Source of the DNA: Octopus vulgaris | Lineage: Eukaryota | Assembly (NCBI GenBank): GCA_951406725.2 | Contig: OX597815.1 | Location: 135,470,001-135,534,000, forward strand | Direction: 5' to 3' | DNA: 64,000 bases | In this document: in pieces, positions 1 through 11,447 of the stretch | Layout: every line of letters begins with the position of its first letter | Numbering within the stretch: position 1 is the first letter of the stretch | Program-made: the position numbers and the translations under genes | The notes under the pieces: generated by a model | Told to the model about the DNA's origin: nothing | Database searches by the model: none | What the model saw: the letters and a program-made list of their open reading frames with translations, nothing else

Positions 1-945
1 GAGGAGGAGGAGGAGAAACAGCAAAAGCTATAAAACAAATGAAATCCAAACTAAAACTAGAACAGCAACGGGCCATGATAAAACGATGGCAAGAAAAGCC
101 CCTTCATGGCAAATACTGGGCTAACTAAATGCAAAAGAAATAGACAAAAAATCTCAGCAATGGTTGAGAAGCTCAAGACTCAAAGCAGAACCTGAAGGAT
201 TTTTAATTGCAGCACAAGACCAAAGCCTCCCCACCAGAAATTACCAAAAAACATATAATGAAAAGAAACATAACAAGTAGCTGCAGAATATGTGGAGATG
301 GATAAGAAACAATAAATCATATTATCTTTGGCTGCCCAGTCCTGGCTAAGAAGGAGTGTATTCACAGACACGACAGGGTTGGGACCTACATACACTGGAA
401 GTTATGCCAACACTATGGACTAACAACAGAAATAAGATGGTATAGGCACACGCCATAAAAGGTCACAGAAAACGAGAAAGCAACCATACTCTGGGATATG
501 CCAATACACACAGATAGAGAAATTAAGCCCAATAGGTCAGATATAGTTGTCAGAGATCATGAAGAAGAAAAATGCTTTCTAATGGCTGTATCAACACCAG
601 CAGATGACAACGTGTCTCTAAAAGAAATGGAGAAACTTTCAAAATACAAAGACCTGGAAATAGAGGTAGCTCGAATGTGGAATCTAAAAACAGAAACAAT
701 TCCTATCTTAGTGGACGCATTAGGTATGATAAAAGAATATTCAGAAAAATACATAACAAAAACACCAAGACTTACAAATATATATGACATACAGAAAATT
801 GCACTGCTGGGCACTGCACACATCCTACACAAAACACTTTCAATACAGTAACCATAAAAGCATCACAGCAAACCACAACACATACCCAAAGCACAGAGAG
901 CTGCGCTCGGTAGTGAAGTGAATGTACGTTATAAAAATAAAACTA

Positions 946-984
<39 letters not shown>
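1..984 (+). mobile_element. 3' end of R4/Dong-clade non-LTR retrotransposon (CCHC knuckle + restriction-like endonuclease), inactivated, with 3' UTR and (TAA)n tail
   Basis: Translation across stops/frameshifts gives WQEKPLHGKY..EGFLIAAQDQSLPTRNY..CRICGDG*ETINHIIFGC..RHDRV..ILWDMPIHTDREIKPNRSDIVV..EKLSKYKDL..IQKIALLGTAHIL (ORF 498-851). AATAAA at ~936 and (TAA)n at 949-984. The NRPD motif reads NRSD. Confidence 0.9.
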
Positions 985-1165
985 CGTTTCAAATTTTGTC
1001 ACAAGGGCAGCAGTTTTGGAGGAGGGGATGAGTCGATTACATCGACCCCCAGTATTCAACTGGTACTTATTTTATCGACTCCGAAAGGATGAAGGGTAAA
1101 GTCGACTTCAGCGGAATTTGAACTCTGAACGTAGCGATGGGCAAAATGCTGCCAGCCCGTCGCCT
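985..1165 (-). mobile_element. SINE family A fragment
   Basis: Reverse complement of family core gagttcaaattccgccgaggtcgactttgcctttcatcctttcggggtcgataaa, which recurs many times in the window. Confidence 0.8.
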
Positions 1166-1499
1166 TAATAATAACGATGATGATGATGATGATAATAATA
1201 ATGATATTATTAATAACAACAACAACAACGTATACAGTGAGTTTCTTTGACCCAGGAGTCGGGAAGACACTCAGCAAGAAAAGGGGGAAGAATAAAGAGG
1301 AAAACTCATTAATGATAATAAAAATGGTTTCAAATTACATCGATCTCAGTCTTCAACTGGTACTTAATTTATCGACCTCGGCGGAATTTGAACTCAAAAT
1401 GGAGCAACGGGCGAATAATAATAATAATAATAACAACAACAATTAAAGACAGCGTCAGTGAACGTCTAAATAGCGTAATAGAGTAATTCTTTCAAGGAA

Positions 1500-1755
1500 G
1501 TAGCTTGCGTACAAGTGATCACTATAAATTAATATGAATATTGATTGAACAATTCAACAGTTTTTTCACGAGTGCAAATGTAAATGGATGAGTCAAATGA
1601 GCTTTCCCAACACTGCGACTCTGCAAAAGGAAAGAGGCAACCATCAATTACATCGATATTAATATATCTGCTGCCACACACAATCACGTTTCAGCAACAG
1701 TTCCCGATCGTTTCCTGACATATCTCCTAAAAACGCGCACGCGCGTGCGTGTGCT

Positions 1756-1787
<32 letters not shown>

Positions 1788-2270
1788 CATATAACGGCTC
1801 TACGTCTTCAGGTATTTTTTTAGTTAAAGGTTTCTTCGAAATTGCTAAGCACCTTAAAATACATACATAAAAATAAGTAACAGAAAGACGGCAAAATAAG
1901 TTCTATTTATAAAAGAGGAAGAAAAACAGATGTTAATCATTACAGACCTATCTTTCTGACTTCCCATATCAGCAAGGTCGTAGAATCAGATAATCAGAGA
2001 GAAATGCGTTACGATTTTAGAGAAGCGAGATTTGCTAATGTGATATTCAAAAAGGGCTCCATTTAGGTAGAAGTTGCATCACACAAAACTGATGTGATAT
2101 ACCTTAAACTTTATGAAAGTTTTCGAAAAAAAACAAGTAGATTATAAAGGCTAACGCCCCGAGACTTATGCTCCCAGCGTACTCGGAAAACCAAGTGTGA
2201 GAGTACGACTGTCTTGCAAAAGAAGTTCAGTTCCGTGTAAGTACTTCAAAGAACTGTCTCTCATAAATAC
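1500..2270 (+). mobile_element. Decayed CR1/L2/Jockey-group LINE reverse transcriptase fragment
   Basis: ILIEQFNSFFT; KTAKISSIYKRGRKTDVNHYRPIFLTSHISKVVE (cf. NYRPISLTS..K..E); GRSCITQ; YLNFMKVFE (cf. YLDF.KAFD). Interrupted by (GT)n at ~1735-1785. Confidence 0.75.
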
Positions 2271-2559
2271 TCTAGTTTATTAGAACACCCACCGCTACTT
2301 ACTATAATGATAACACAGAAATATCTGCAGCACTGAATCAGTTCAACGTTGACAAACGCTAACAGAAGATCCACGATGCTATATAATACAGTTGAGCTAA
2401 GAAATATTGCAAGAGGGTTAAAAGAGACAACATAAAACGACACATTAAAACCACGACAAGAAATAAACTCAGTATCAAATAACTAAACACGGAAATAACA
2501 GATAAAATAAATCATAGCAGAGTGACAAACCTTTGTACAGAAAAAAAGAAGAAAAAAAA

Positions 2560-3420
2560 GAGGGGACATGCAAAATTCATACAAACAACATTGTCACTTT
2601 AAGAGATAACCCTGGCTTGCAAACTGTGATATTCAAAAAGGGCTCATTATGTCAGGTCGCCAAACCTATGTATACACGAATACTTCCAGAACATTGCAAA
2701 TTCCCGAATAGAGTACGACAAGGATCTGTCCTCTTACTCAATCTTTTAAACTTATTCTTACATGACTTTTCCCACACCTCCACAAAACATACAGTCATCC
2801 TTATACACAGATGATAACACTCACAGTCTGCGATCATCTCCACAATAGACTTAGCGTTAGTAGCACCTACCAAATTCATGGTGTCCCTTCTTCCCAGCAA
2901 ACGTCAAATGCAACCGACCAATATGTCCAGCAACATAAACAAATCAGACGCAAAGAAAACAAAAATACTAGAACTAGTATACAACCCCACAACAATTTTC
3001 ACAACCCATTTACAAAACAAAAAGGTAAAACGTCTCACAAACACACAGCGATTACATGTACCCCCATTTGGCCAACACAAAAACAAAAAAAACTATGGTG
3101 TACAAAATAATACCTGAGTCCTACGAGGGCCCGTAATATCTTCTCAACAAACCAGGACAACCTATGAAGAACACAACACAGAGTAGTAAACATTGCTGCC
3201 GTAAGAGCCAAACCCCAAACGACTACATCCAAACACCCAGACATTTACATCACAGAGAATTACTACAGCAAAACTCACCACCACCACCACAAAAAAAAAG
3301 ACACAATCTCGCCCGCTCAGCCTACACAGGCATAAAGAATACACAAGCATATAAACAGCTGCAATAATCAGTAGCCTAAGTGGGCCCATACAATATGCTG
3401 TGAATGCACTCTAGCGACAG
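2560..3420 (+). mobile_element. Decayed LINE RT fragment (clade uncertain)
   Basis: NRVRQGSVLLLNLLNLFLHD (cf. GVPQGSVLSP.LFN.F..D), followed after a frameshift by SYTDD (cf. YADD). 3' boundary uncertain. Confidence 0.6.
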
Positions 3421-3488
3421 AGGAACAGTAACAGTCGCGTACTTATAGCTTGGACAAGAACGACAACAAACTACATATATATATATAT

Positions 3489-3898
3489 CGTGGGTGGACA
3501 GGGGAAGATGCAGAGCCTCATTCGTATGTTTTGAATTCGTTAGTACCGGATGTCGAGGATGGTTCGTCTGAGGTTATTCAAATCAGATGGGTATGTTCGA
3601 TTTTTAAAATTAAAATTTTATGAAATCTTGTGCTGATGACGGGAATGTTAGAATAGGGATGTATTTCTAGCTTCTCTATATCTGACTAACCCAGAAACGC
3701 GTTCACAAGTAATCTAATTTTCGAGTGAACTTTCGTTATTTTCCCCTCAATGCCTACGTGAATTGTTTTTGAGTATACATTGTCTGGGAGACTTCTTATA
3801 GTAGAGGAAATAGCTAAATTTTTTGGCTGCTATTTCTAAAAGTTCGGTGTGTGGTAAAGCAATTTTTTTTACTGAACCCTAATTATATAAAGTAATGT
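3489..3898 (+). mobile_element. (TA)n-flanked ~410-bp element containing a hammerhead motif; probable Penelope-like pseudo-LTR or retrozyme-type unit
   Basis: Unique non-coding block bounded by (TA)n on both sides, containing the motif at 3627-3709. Confidence 0.55.
3627..3709 (+). ncRNA. Type I hammerhead ribozyme-like motif with extended stem II
   Basis: cttgtg-CTGATGA-c-ggg...gttagaataggga...tctctatatctgac...ccc-a-GAAA-cgcg-T-T-cacaag. Stem I cttgtg/cacaag is a perfect 6 bp; stem III is the palindromic acgcgt. Confidence 0.7.
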
Positions 3899-3913
3899 TA
3901 TATATATATATAT

Positions 3914-3944
<31 letters not shown>

Positions 3945-4619
3945 TATGGTTTGGTTGATAGAATCGTTAGAAACTCCATAAAATAGGAAAAAGATCATTT
4001 TTCTCTTGGGAACATCATCGTAGATTTGTTTTCCCTGTATTTTAGTCTTTGTATTAATCCTTTACAAAAATGTTTTATTACAACAGTGATGTCATATACC
4101 AACAGAAAGTAACAAGTGATATAATTAAAAAGATTTTTCAGTCTGCTTCATGGTCCCAAGCGGACGAAATATAAAAGGCGTTACCCCGGAGGATGGCGAA
4201 GGAGATGCGCTCGAACATCCACTCTGACTCACGAGGCTGACACTTGCAGATCGTTTGGTCAAATTAACTGCTGTTTAGTTAATGCTCTTTACGTTCGGAT
4301 CCTGTTAAGGTCAACTTTAAACTTCATCAGATCCCGAGCCGAGCAGTTCATCAAAAGTACCAGTTAAATACTACAATCGATTTAACCTAATGAGCATCCT
4401 AGATGTAGATGATACAACAACAAGCAGAGTTAGGCGTAACTTCAGTGAAACAAAAACACAAACACACACACACAAACGCGACCTATGATATTTATTTTCT
4501 TTCCAAAAACAAACGAATTACACAAACGAATAGAAGCGCATGCATGGAGAAATTAGAGACCAACTTTTATAAGCCGCAGTACGGAGCAAAATAGACTTCT
4601 CAGATTCAACGACTATTTC

Positions 4620-4655
<36 letters not shown>

Positions 4656-5024
4656 GCAGACAGACACAGAGAGAGAGACAGAGACAGAGACAGACAGACA
4701 GACATACAGATAGACGGAGGGAGGGATATAGACGGAAAATGAGCGAAAGGACTCGACAAATAAACAAACAAGTCATAGATGGCAGCCTAGTTAAAAGGAA
4801 GACGTATTTAGCTGACAACACATGCACTATTTTCTTTCTCTTTCACTTTCTCTCTTTTAATCGTTCTTCCTTTCTTTCTTTCTTTCTTACATACACTCAT
4901 ACAGACATATATGGGTTAACGCACGAAACTCTCGGCCCATGAATCACAGTAACTTCTACCGATTATTGATATGAGAAAAAAAAATACGTGCATATACACA
5001 CACGCACGCATGCACACACATGTA

Positions 5025-5175
5025 TGATGGACTTCTTTCAGTTTCCATTTATCAAATCTACTCACAAGGCTTTGATCGGCCCGAGGGCTATAGTAGAAGA
5101 CACTTGCCCGAAGTACAACGCAGTGGAACTGAACCTGAAACCATGTAGTTAAGAAGCAAACCACATAGCCACGCT
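5025..5175 (-). mobile_element. SINE family B 5' part
   Basis: Reverse complement of the tRNA-like head and cttgggcaagtgtcttctactatagcc core. Confidence 0.75.
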
Positions 5176-5249
5176 GTGTGTGTATGTGTGAGTATACACG
5201 CACACACACACACTGCTATTCACAGTGGCCCTCTCAGACATATCGTCAG

Positions 5250-5940
5250 TTATTCAGCCACCCTTGCTATCTATGCAGACGATATAAAAGTCTCACAGAG
5301 GTTGCAGAACCCTAGTGATTTTGTGCCCCCTACAACAGGAGTTAGATGCAATATGCATGTTGGCTGAAAACAATAACGAGCAACTCAATGGGCTCCCAAC
5401 ACACAAAGCTGAATGAAATGCGGACAGGTACGCTGACCCAGGGGAGATTGCAATCCTTGATTCAAAACCAATGTGTGACCTGGGCACTGACATGAGTAAT
5501 GATGCAGGTTAACAGGTGCAAATTACTAAGTTGGTGATAAAATGCAGACTGCTGGCCGGATGGATCCTTGGAACATTCAGAACGAGTGAACAGGAAACCA
5601 TGATGGCCCTCTGGAGGAGATTTGTCCTCAACTGCTTAGATTACTGCTCCCAACTATGGTCATTGCACAGTGTAAAATTAAAGGCGATCATTGGGGAAGG
5701 CCGAAACAGTTAAGACTATTCAATAGAACGAAGGCGGGAAAGATATGCAGAGGAAAATTCTGGTAGGACTTCTACTAAACGTTGGCATTGAAAATTACAC
5801 AAACAGAAGAACGGGGCGCCACTGTACGGGACCAAAGATCCCATCAAGCTACAAGATCAAATACTGCAACAGCTTAGGTTTCAAAGGTCTACAGCTCTTC
5901 AATATCCTCCCCCAAAGCTTGAGAGACCTACATCGAGTAG
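5250..5940 (+). mobile_element. Decayed CR1/L2-like LINE, RT C-terminal region
   Basis: IYADDIKV; GWILGTFRT..ALWRRFVLNCLDYCSQLWS (cf. L.Y.S.VW.P); NSLGFKGLQLFNILPQSLRD. Confidence 0.8.
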
Positions 5941-5984
5941 TGAAACCTATATATATATATATATATATATCGGGAAAAATCATC

Positions 5985-6865
5985 TAGATACTAGCCAACC
6001 TGGTTTTCGTGGAGGCAGAAGCTGCCTAACACACATTATGTACAACTTTGATGGCATTACATCTACCGTGAGAGAGGGTTCCGACCCATATGCCATTTAT
6101 CTTGACTTCAGAAAAGCATTCGACGGATCGAGCTTCTGCTGAAGCAAACATCGAACATTGGAGTTCGTGGAAAGTTACTGCAGCGGATTAAAAGTTTCCT
6201 GACAAACAGAACCCATCACGGAATTTACTGAGACTAGTGTATGTCAATTACAGTATCTCTTGGATACAGTATCGAACCCATAATGTTATTTACATGAATG
6301 GCATTGCAAATGTCACCAAACATTAAAATAACAATCTTTGCAGATGACTCAAAGCTTCATAAGGTCCTCAAAAGAGTATGCAACTAAACAGAACTCCAAT
6401 CCGACCTACATATGTTCCGAACGATGGTGCTGGTAAACGAGGAACAATTGGGGCTCATTCAGTTCAGAGAAGAGTATATGTTTAAAGCCATATTCTCGTC
6501 CTTCAGGAGTGCTTATCACAGCGTCCGCTGATATCAGAGACTGAAATGTAACAGTGGAGAACAACCTAAGCTGGAATTCACAGACATCGACATAAACGTC
6601 GATGTGATACACAGAATTTGTTCATGAATCCTTAGAACTTTGCAGTCAAGAGATCCTGATACTGACATCCTATTTTCTTCAGAATTAATCAGAAAGAAGT
6701 CAGAAAAGAAAAATATTCCATAACACTCAGTTGGTTTCTGACGAAATTCCTCCAAGAAATACCAGAAAAACCACCTACATCCAGATACATCAAGGCAAAT
6801 AACACTCTCCTCGAATGGGCTATGGAGTCCCAAAAACATGACTTAAAGACAACTCCATAGATTGC
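5985..6865 (+). mobile_element. Second decayed CR1/L2-like LINE RT fragment
   Basis: QPGFRGGRSCLTH..AIYLDFRKAFD; GVRGKLLQRIKSFLTNR; IFADDSKL; C-terminal KFLQEIPEKP. Confidence 0.85.
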
Positions 6866-6869
6866 TCTT

Positions 6870-7170
6870 TTACTTCTTTACTTGTATCAGCCTTTAGCCG
6901 AACGAATCGACCCCATGACTTATTCTTTGTAAGCCTAGTACTTATTCTATCGGTCTTTTTTGCCGAACCACTAAGTTACAAGGACGTAAACACACCAGCA
7001 TCGGTTGTCAAGCGATATGTATAGGGCTTTTTTCAGTTTCCACCTACCAAATCTACCCTTTGGTCGGCCAGAAGCTACAACAGAAGACACCTGCCCAAGG
7101 TGCCACGCAATGGGACTGAACCCGGAACCATGTGGTTGAGAAAGAAGCTTCTTACCACACAGTCACCCCT
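6870..7170 (-). mobile_element. SINE family B copy (internally deleted)
   Basis: Matches reverse complement of 40496-40898. Confidence 0.8.
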
Positions 7171-7179
7171 GTTTATGTA

Positions 7180-7239
<60 letters not shown>

Positions 7240-7924
7240 ATTGATAGATGCACACATACATACATACATACATACATACATGCATACATACACATATATA
7301 CACACGCCCACACACGTATAAATACGAACGTTAGTATCCCGCATCTGCTAAAATATGTGCACAAGAATGAAAGGAACAAATAAAGGAATAGAAACTATGT
7401 AAAAAAACAACATGCAACAGTACAGAAAAAGACCGGGTGCATAAGGTCAATGTTTTAATATATATATATATATGTATAAGAGTGGCTGCTCGTCCAAATC
7501 ACCACACCTCTTCTTAGGAAATGACACATTGGAAGTGTTTCTGGATTTCCGATGTAGGCTAAAATTACCGGATAATCACTCTGGGAATACGTTCAATCAT
7601 AATTTTGTTCCATCAGAGTTGACCTTGTAATGAAGCAAAACACCTTTAATAATGTGTTATTTAAGAGAAACACCTTTAATACTGTACTGTTATGTAAAAG
7701 TAATAAATTTTGAAAATTTATCACATCGTATTGTTAAAGTATCTCATAGGCACATCTCACAGGTGGTAACAGAGTCACCGACTCACAGCAGAAAATCCCT
7801 TAGGGTATGAGATAATAAACCCCGTTTTGCAGGGAGCAATTATAATAGACTCCTCACACTTCTAATACAGGTGTGTATTGAACATTGCATTTTCACACAG
7901 AAACAACAAAAGTTTATGAATATA

Positions 7925-8129
7925 TGTACATATGCATACCTATACATACACACACACTTATACTTACATATATATACATATACATACACACACACTTATA
8001 CTTACATATATATACATATACATACATATATATATATATATATGTGTATATATATGTATATATGTATGTATATATACATATATATATATATGTATATATA
8101 TATGTATGTATATATACACATATATATAT

Positions 8130-8176
<47 letters not shown>

Positions 8177-8347
8177 TATATATATATATATAAACTCACT
8201 TATATATACACATACGCATATACAAGCATGCATACATATGCATGTATTTTTGTGTATATATATATGTGTGTGTGCGCGCGCGCGCGTATGTGACTATATA
8301 TGTAAATGCAGATAGATAGATACATAAATAGATAGGTAGGTAGGTAG

Positions 8348-8384
<37 letters not shown>

Positions 8385-8385
8385 C
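7925..8385. repeat. Compound (TA)/(CA)/(TACA)/(GA) microsatellite (representative of many such tracts, e.g. 10105-10290, 21830-23185, 45157-45392, 57050-57590)
   Basis: Direct inspection. Confidence 0.95.
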
Positions 8386-8539
8386 ATACATACATCATTT
8401 ACAACGAACAAGACAACTAAGTACAAGATATATGGTGTACAGTAAAACTATATTCAAGTGATGCCGTTAGCTGCTACTTCAAGTTTCACGATTACACGAT
8501 CAATTAGGTGACCAATACAGTCGCCTAATCAAATACTTA

Positions 8540-8912
8540 TCTTTTGTCTGTTTCAGTCATTAGACTGCGGAAATGCTGGAGAACTACCTTGAATATTTTT
8601 CTTTTTTTAGTCGAAATAATCGACCCCAGTACATGTTTTATATATAAGCCTGATATTTATTCCATCACTTTGTTTTGCCGAACCGCTAGGTAACGGTAAA
8701 CATACTAACACCGGTTGTCAAGCGGTGGAAGCGGTGATGGGGATAAACACAGACACAAAGACATACACACGTAGATACATTTGACGGGCTTCGTTCAGTT
8801 TCCATCTACCAAATCCATTCGCAAAGCTTTGGTCGGCCCGAGGCTACAGAAGAAGACACTTGCCTAAGGTACCTTGCAGTGGGACTAAACCCGGAACCAT
8901 GTGGTATGGAAG
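8540..8912 (-). mobile_element. SINE family B copy, diverged
   Basis: Same module order as 27120-27584. Confidence 0.75.
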
Positions 8913-9082
8913 CGAATCGGAATATGTATGTATGTATATGTATGTATATGTAAGTATATGTATGTATGTATATGTAAGTATATGTATGTATGTATGTATG
9001 CATTTACAGAGTATGACATTAAAATTCATCCGACGGAGAGTCTTCATTGTGGGAGTCCTGGAGAGTAAGGAGAGTGGTGTAA

Positions 9083-9153
9083 CCCTTTAGTTATCATTAC
9101 CTAGGTCCGTTCTGATCCAGAACGGTAGTAATTGTCAGGTTAACAATTAAGGG
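9083..9153. mobile_element. Tiny piggyBac-like MITE relic
   Basis: gtaa-CCCTT...AAGGG-ttaa termini; internal hairpin ccgttctg-atc-cagaacgg. Confidence 0.45.
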
Positions 9154-9159
9154 TTAAAT

Positions 9160-9450
9160 AGATTTCTCGGGGGTAGAGGAAGTTCCCATTCTTTTTAAAT
9201 AAGGCTGTAGGGAACGCAACTAGTATAGGAAAGTGACTCTGACATTTTGCAGTCAAAATAGTACCAGTCACCATACAATGCTTGTCACTGGGACCTACTC
9301 TGACGACTGATAAAATAGAGAAAGTGTTGTACAAGCTTTTGTCAGGTGTGTCACAATCATATTATTTCTAGGTTTATTTTACATATTTGATAGTCCCTTG
9401 GCGACGGTGTGTGGTGACGTGTAAAGTCATAACAGCACACATACAAAGAT
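9160..9450 (-). mobile_element. Possible highly decayed Helitron PIF1-helicase fragment
   Basis: KSLYN...HFPILVAF resembles the RL.VK.L...QFPI.LAFA motif; weak. Confidence 0.25.
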
Positions 9451-9799
9451 GAAAGTAAATCAGATCAGGCTCAATGTGAGACGGCTATCATCTGACAAGA
9501 TGAAGCAATCGTTTATTTATTTATTGACGTATGTTTGTGTATGAATATAAGCTCAATGTTTGTCGAGGCGTTTCAAATTTATTCTTATACGAGCGCAGAT
9601 CCTATACACAAATGAAAATCAACTTCACGTTTCGAAATATATTGAGTTCGTTACTGAATATGGGGCTTGTATTGTCATGCAAAACAACTGTACGAGGGAA
9701 CACAAATTGCGAATGTATTCGTGCCTTTTGTAAACTGCACTTGACACGAGCTCGTGTTCTGTGTATTTTGGCAGTTCATCACTGTTTCCTGTGCTAAGG

Positions 9800-10108
9800 T
9801 GGATGCCCAAGTGGTTTCTATTATAGCACCGGGCCGACCAAAGGCTTGTGAGTGGATTTGCTAGACGGAAGCTGAAAGAAACCTGCCATATATATATATA
9901 TATATGTGTATACACCTACGTGTTGAAACTGTTTGCGTTTGTCCTCCATCATTACTTAACAACCGGTGCTGGTTTGTTTTCGTTTCCGTGACTTAGCAGT
10001 TTGACCAAAGAATAAGCACCAGGCCTTAGAAAATAAGTACTAGGGTCGATTCGTTCGACTAAAACTCAAGGCGATGCCCCGCGATAGCCACAATGCAATG
10101 GCTGAAAC
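9800..10108 (+). mobile_element. SINE family B copy (5'-truncated)
   Basis: ccgaccaaaggcttgtgagtggattt...gggtcgattcgttcgactaa. Confidence 0.75.
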
Positions 10109-10116
10109 ACACACAC

Positions 10117-10148
<32 letters not shown>

Positions 10149-10189
10149 GTGTGTATGTGTATGTATGTATGTATGTATGTATGTATGTA

Positions 10190-10242
<53 letters not shown>

Positions 10243-10776
10243 GTGTATTTGTGTATGTGTGTGTACATATATGTATGTAAATACGTATGTATGTACATGA
10301 TCACAGGGAGTACGTATATATTTTTACCGGTTCTCACATGTATTCGAACAGCGTACAATGATATTACTATTGAATATGTATAAACGCATAAAATATTTCT
10401 ACATATACGAACAAAAAAGCGCGCGCGCACATACATATTATGTACGCATGTGTCTGTCTGTCTATATATATGCATATAAATATATACATATACACACGGA
10501 GCGAGAGATAAAGAGAGTAGTAGTAGCAGCAGTAGTAGTAGTAATAGTAGCGGTGGTAGTAGTAGTAGAAGTAGTATACTAACAAAGACCTAGTTAATGT
10601 TAACAGAGTCCTAGTTAAATAGCACACAACGTATACTATTCCCACCCATTCTACAATACCATACATATACATGTATACGTGTACAAAAAACATGTGACGA
10701 TTTATATACAATGCTTAAAACATGTACGCGACCAACGTTGGGTTGGACAAGTGAACTTCTACACACTCGTACGTAC

Positions 10777-10825
<49 letters not shown>

Positions 10826-11243
10826 CTATGTGTTAGAAGTCTTTTTTTATTTATGAGAAAGGTGGTACTTTATATAGATGTGCGGACAAAAACAGACTGC
10901 ATACGTGTATAAGTTATTGTTTAACATTAGCCTATCTTTTATTCAGCAACACATATGTTTAAAGGCTTTTTACTTCTACTTCAAAATCCAGGACTAGTTT
11001 ATCTTGTTTCAAGTTTTAATTAAGGGTGTGTTTTGAGACCGATATCGCTGTAATTTCTGGAATATCGAAAGAGAGAGAGAGAGAGGCGGGAGGGAGAGGA
11101 AGAAAGAAATATGCACATTTGACTGTACACGCCATTTACTCGAAGGATATATATCCACAAACAATATTATCTTTATGAATGTATGCATAAATAAGTGTAT
11201 ATAATGTCTATAAGAAAAAGAGAGACAGGAGTAGGTGGATGGG

Positions 11244-11284
<41 letters not shown>

Positions 11285-11416
11285 GGACGGATAGATAGAT
11301 GGATGGACGGATAGATAGATGGATAGATAGAAGGATAGATAGATAGATGGATGGACGGATAGATAGATGGATAGATAGAAGGATAGATAGATAGATCGAT
11401 AGATAGATAAATAGAT

Positions 11417-11447
<31 letters not shown>

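Noticed and set aside
6735-6775. ggtttCTGACGA...GAAA as a hammerhead
   Set aside because: No stem II; the sequence is the coding C-terminus of the CR1-like LINE (FLTKFLQEIPEKP)
7871-8426. Many long ORFs rich in YI/HT/CV/LS (also at 21.5-24.5, 33.5, 41.2, 49.8 and 55.4-56.8 kb)
   Set aside because: Translations of microsatellites and minisatellites that lack stop codons; no protein-like complexity
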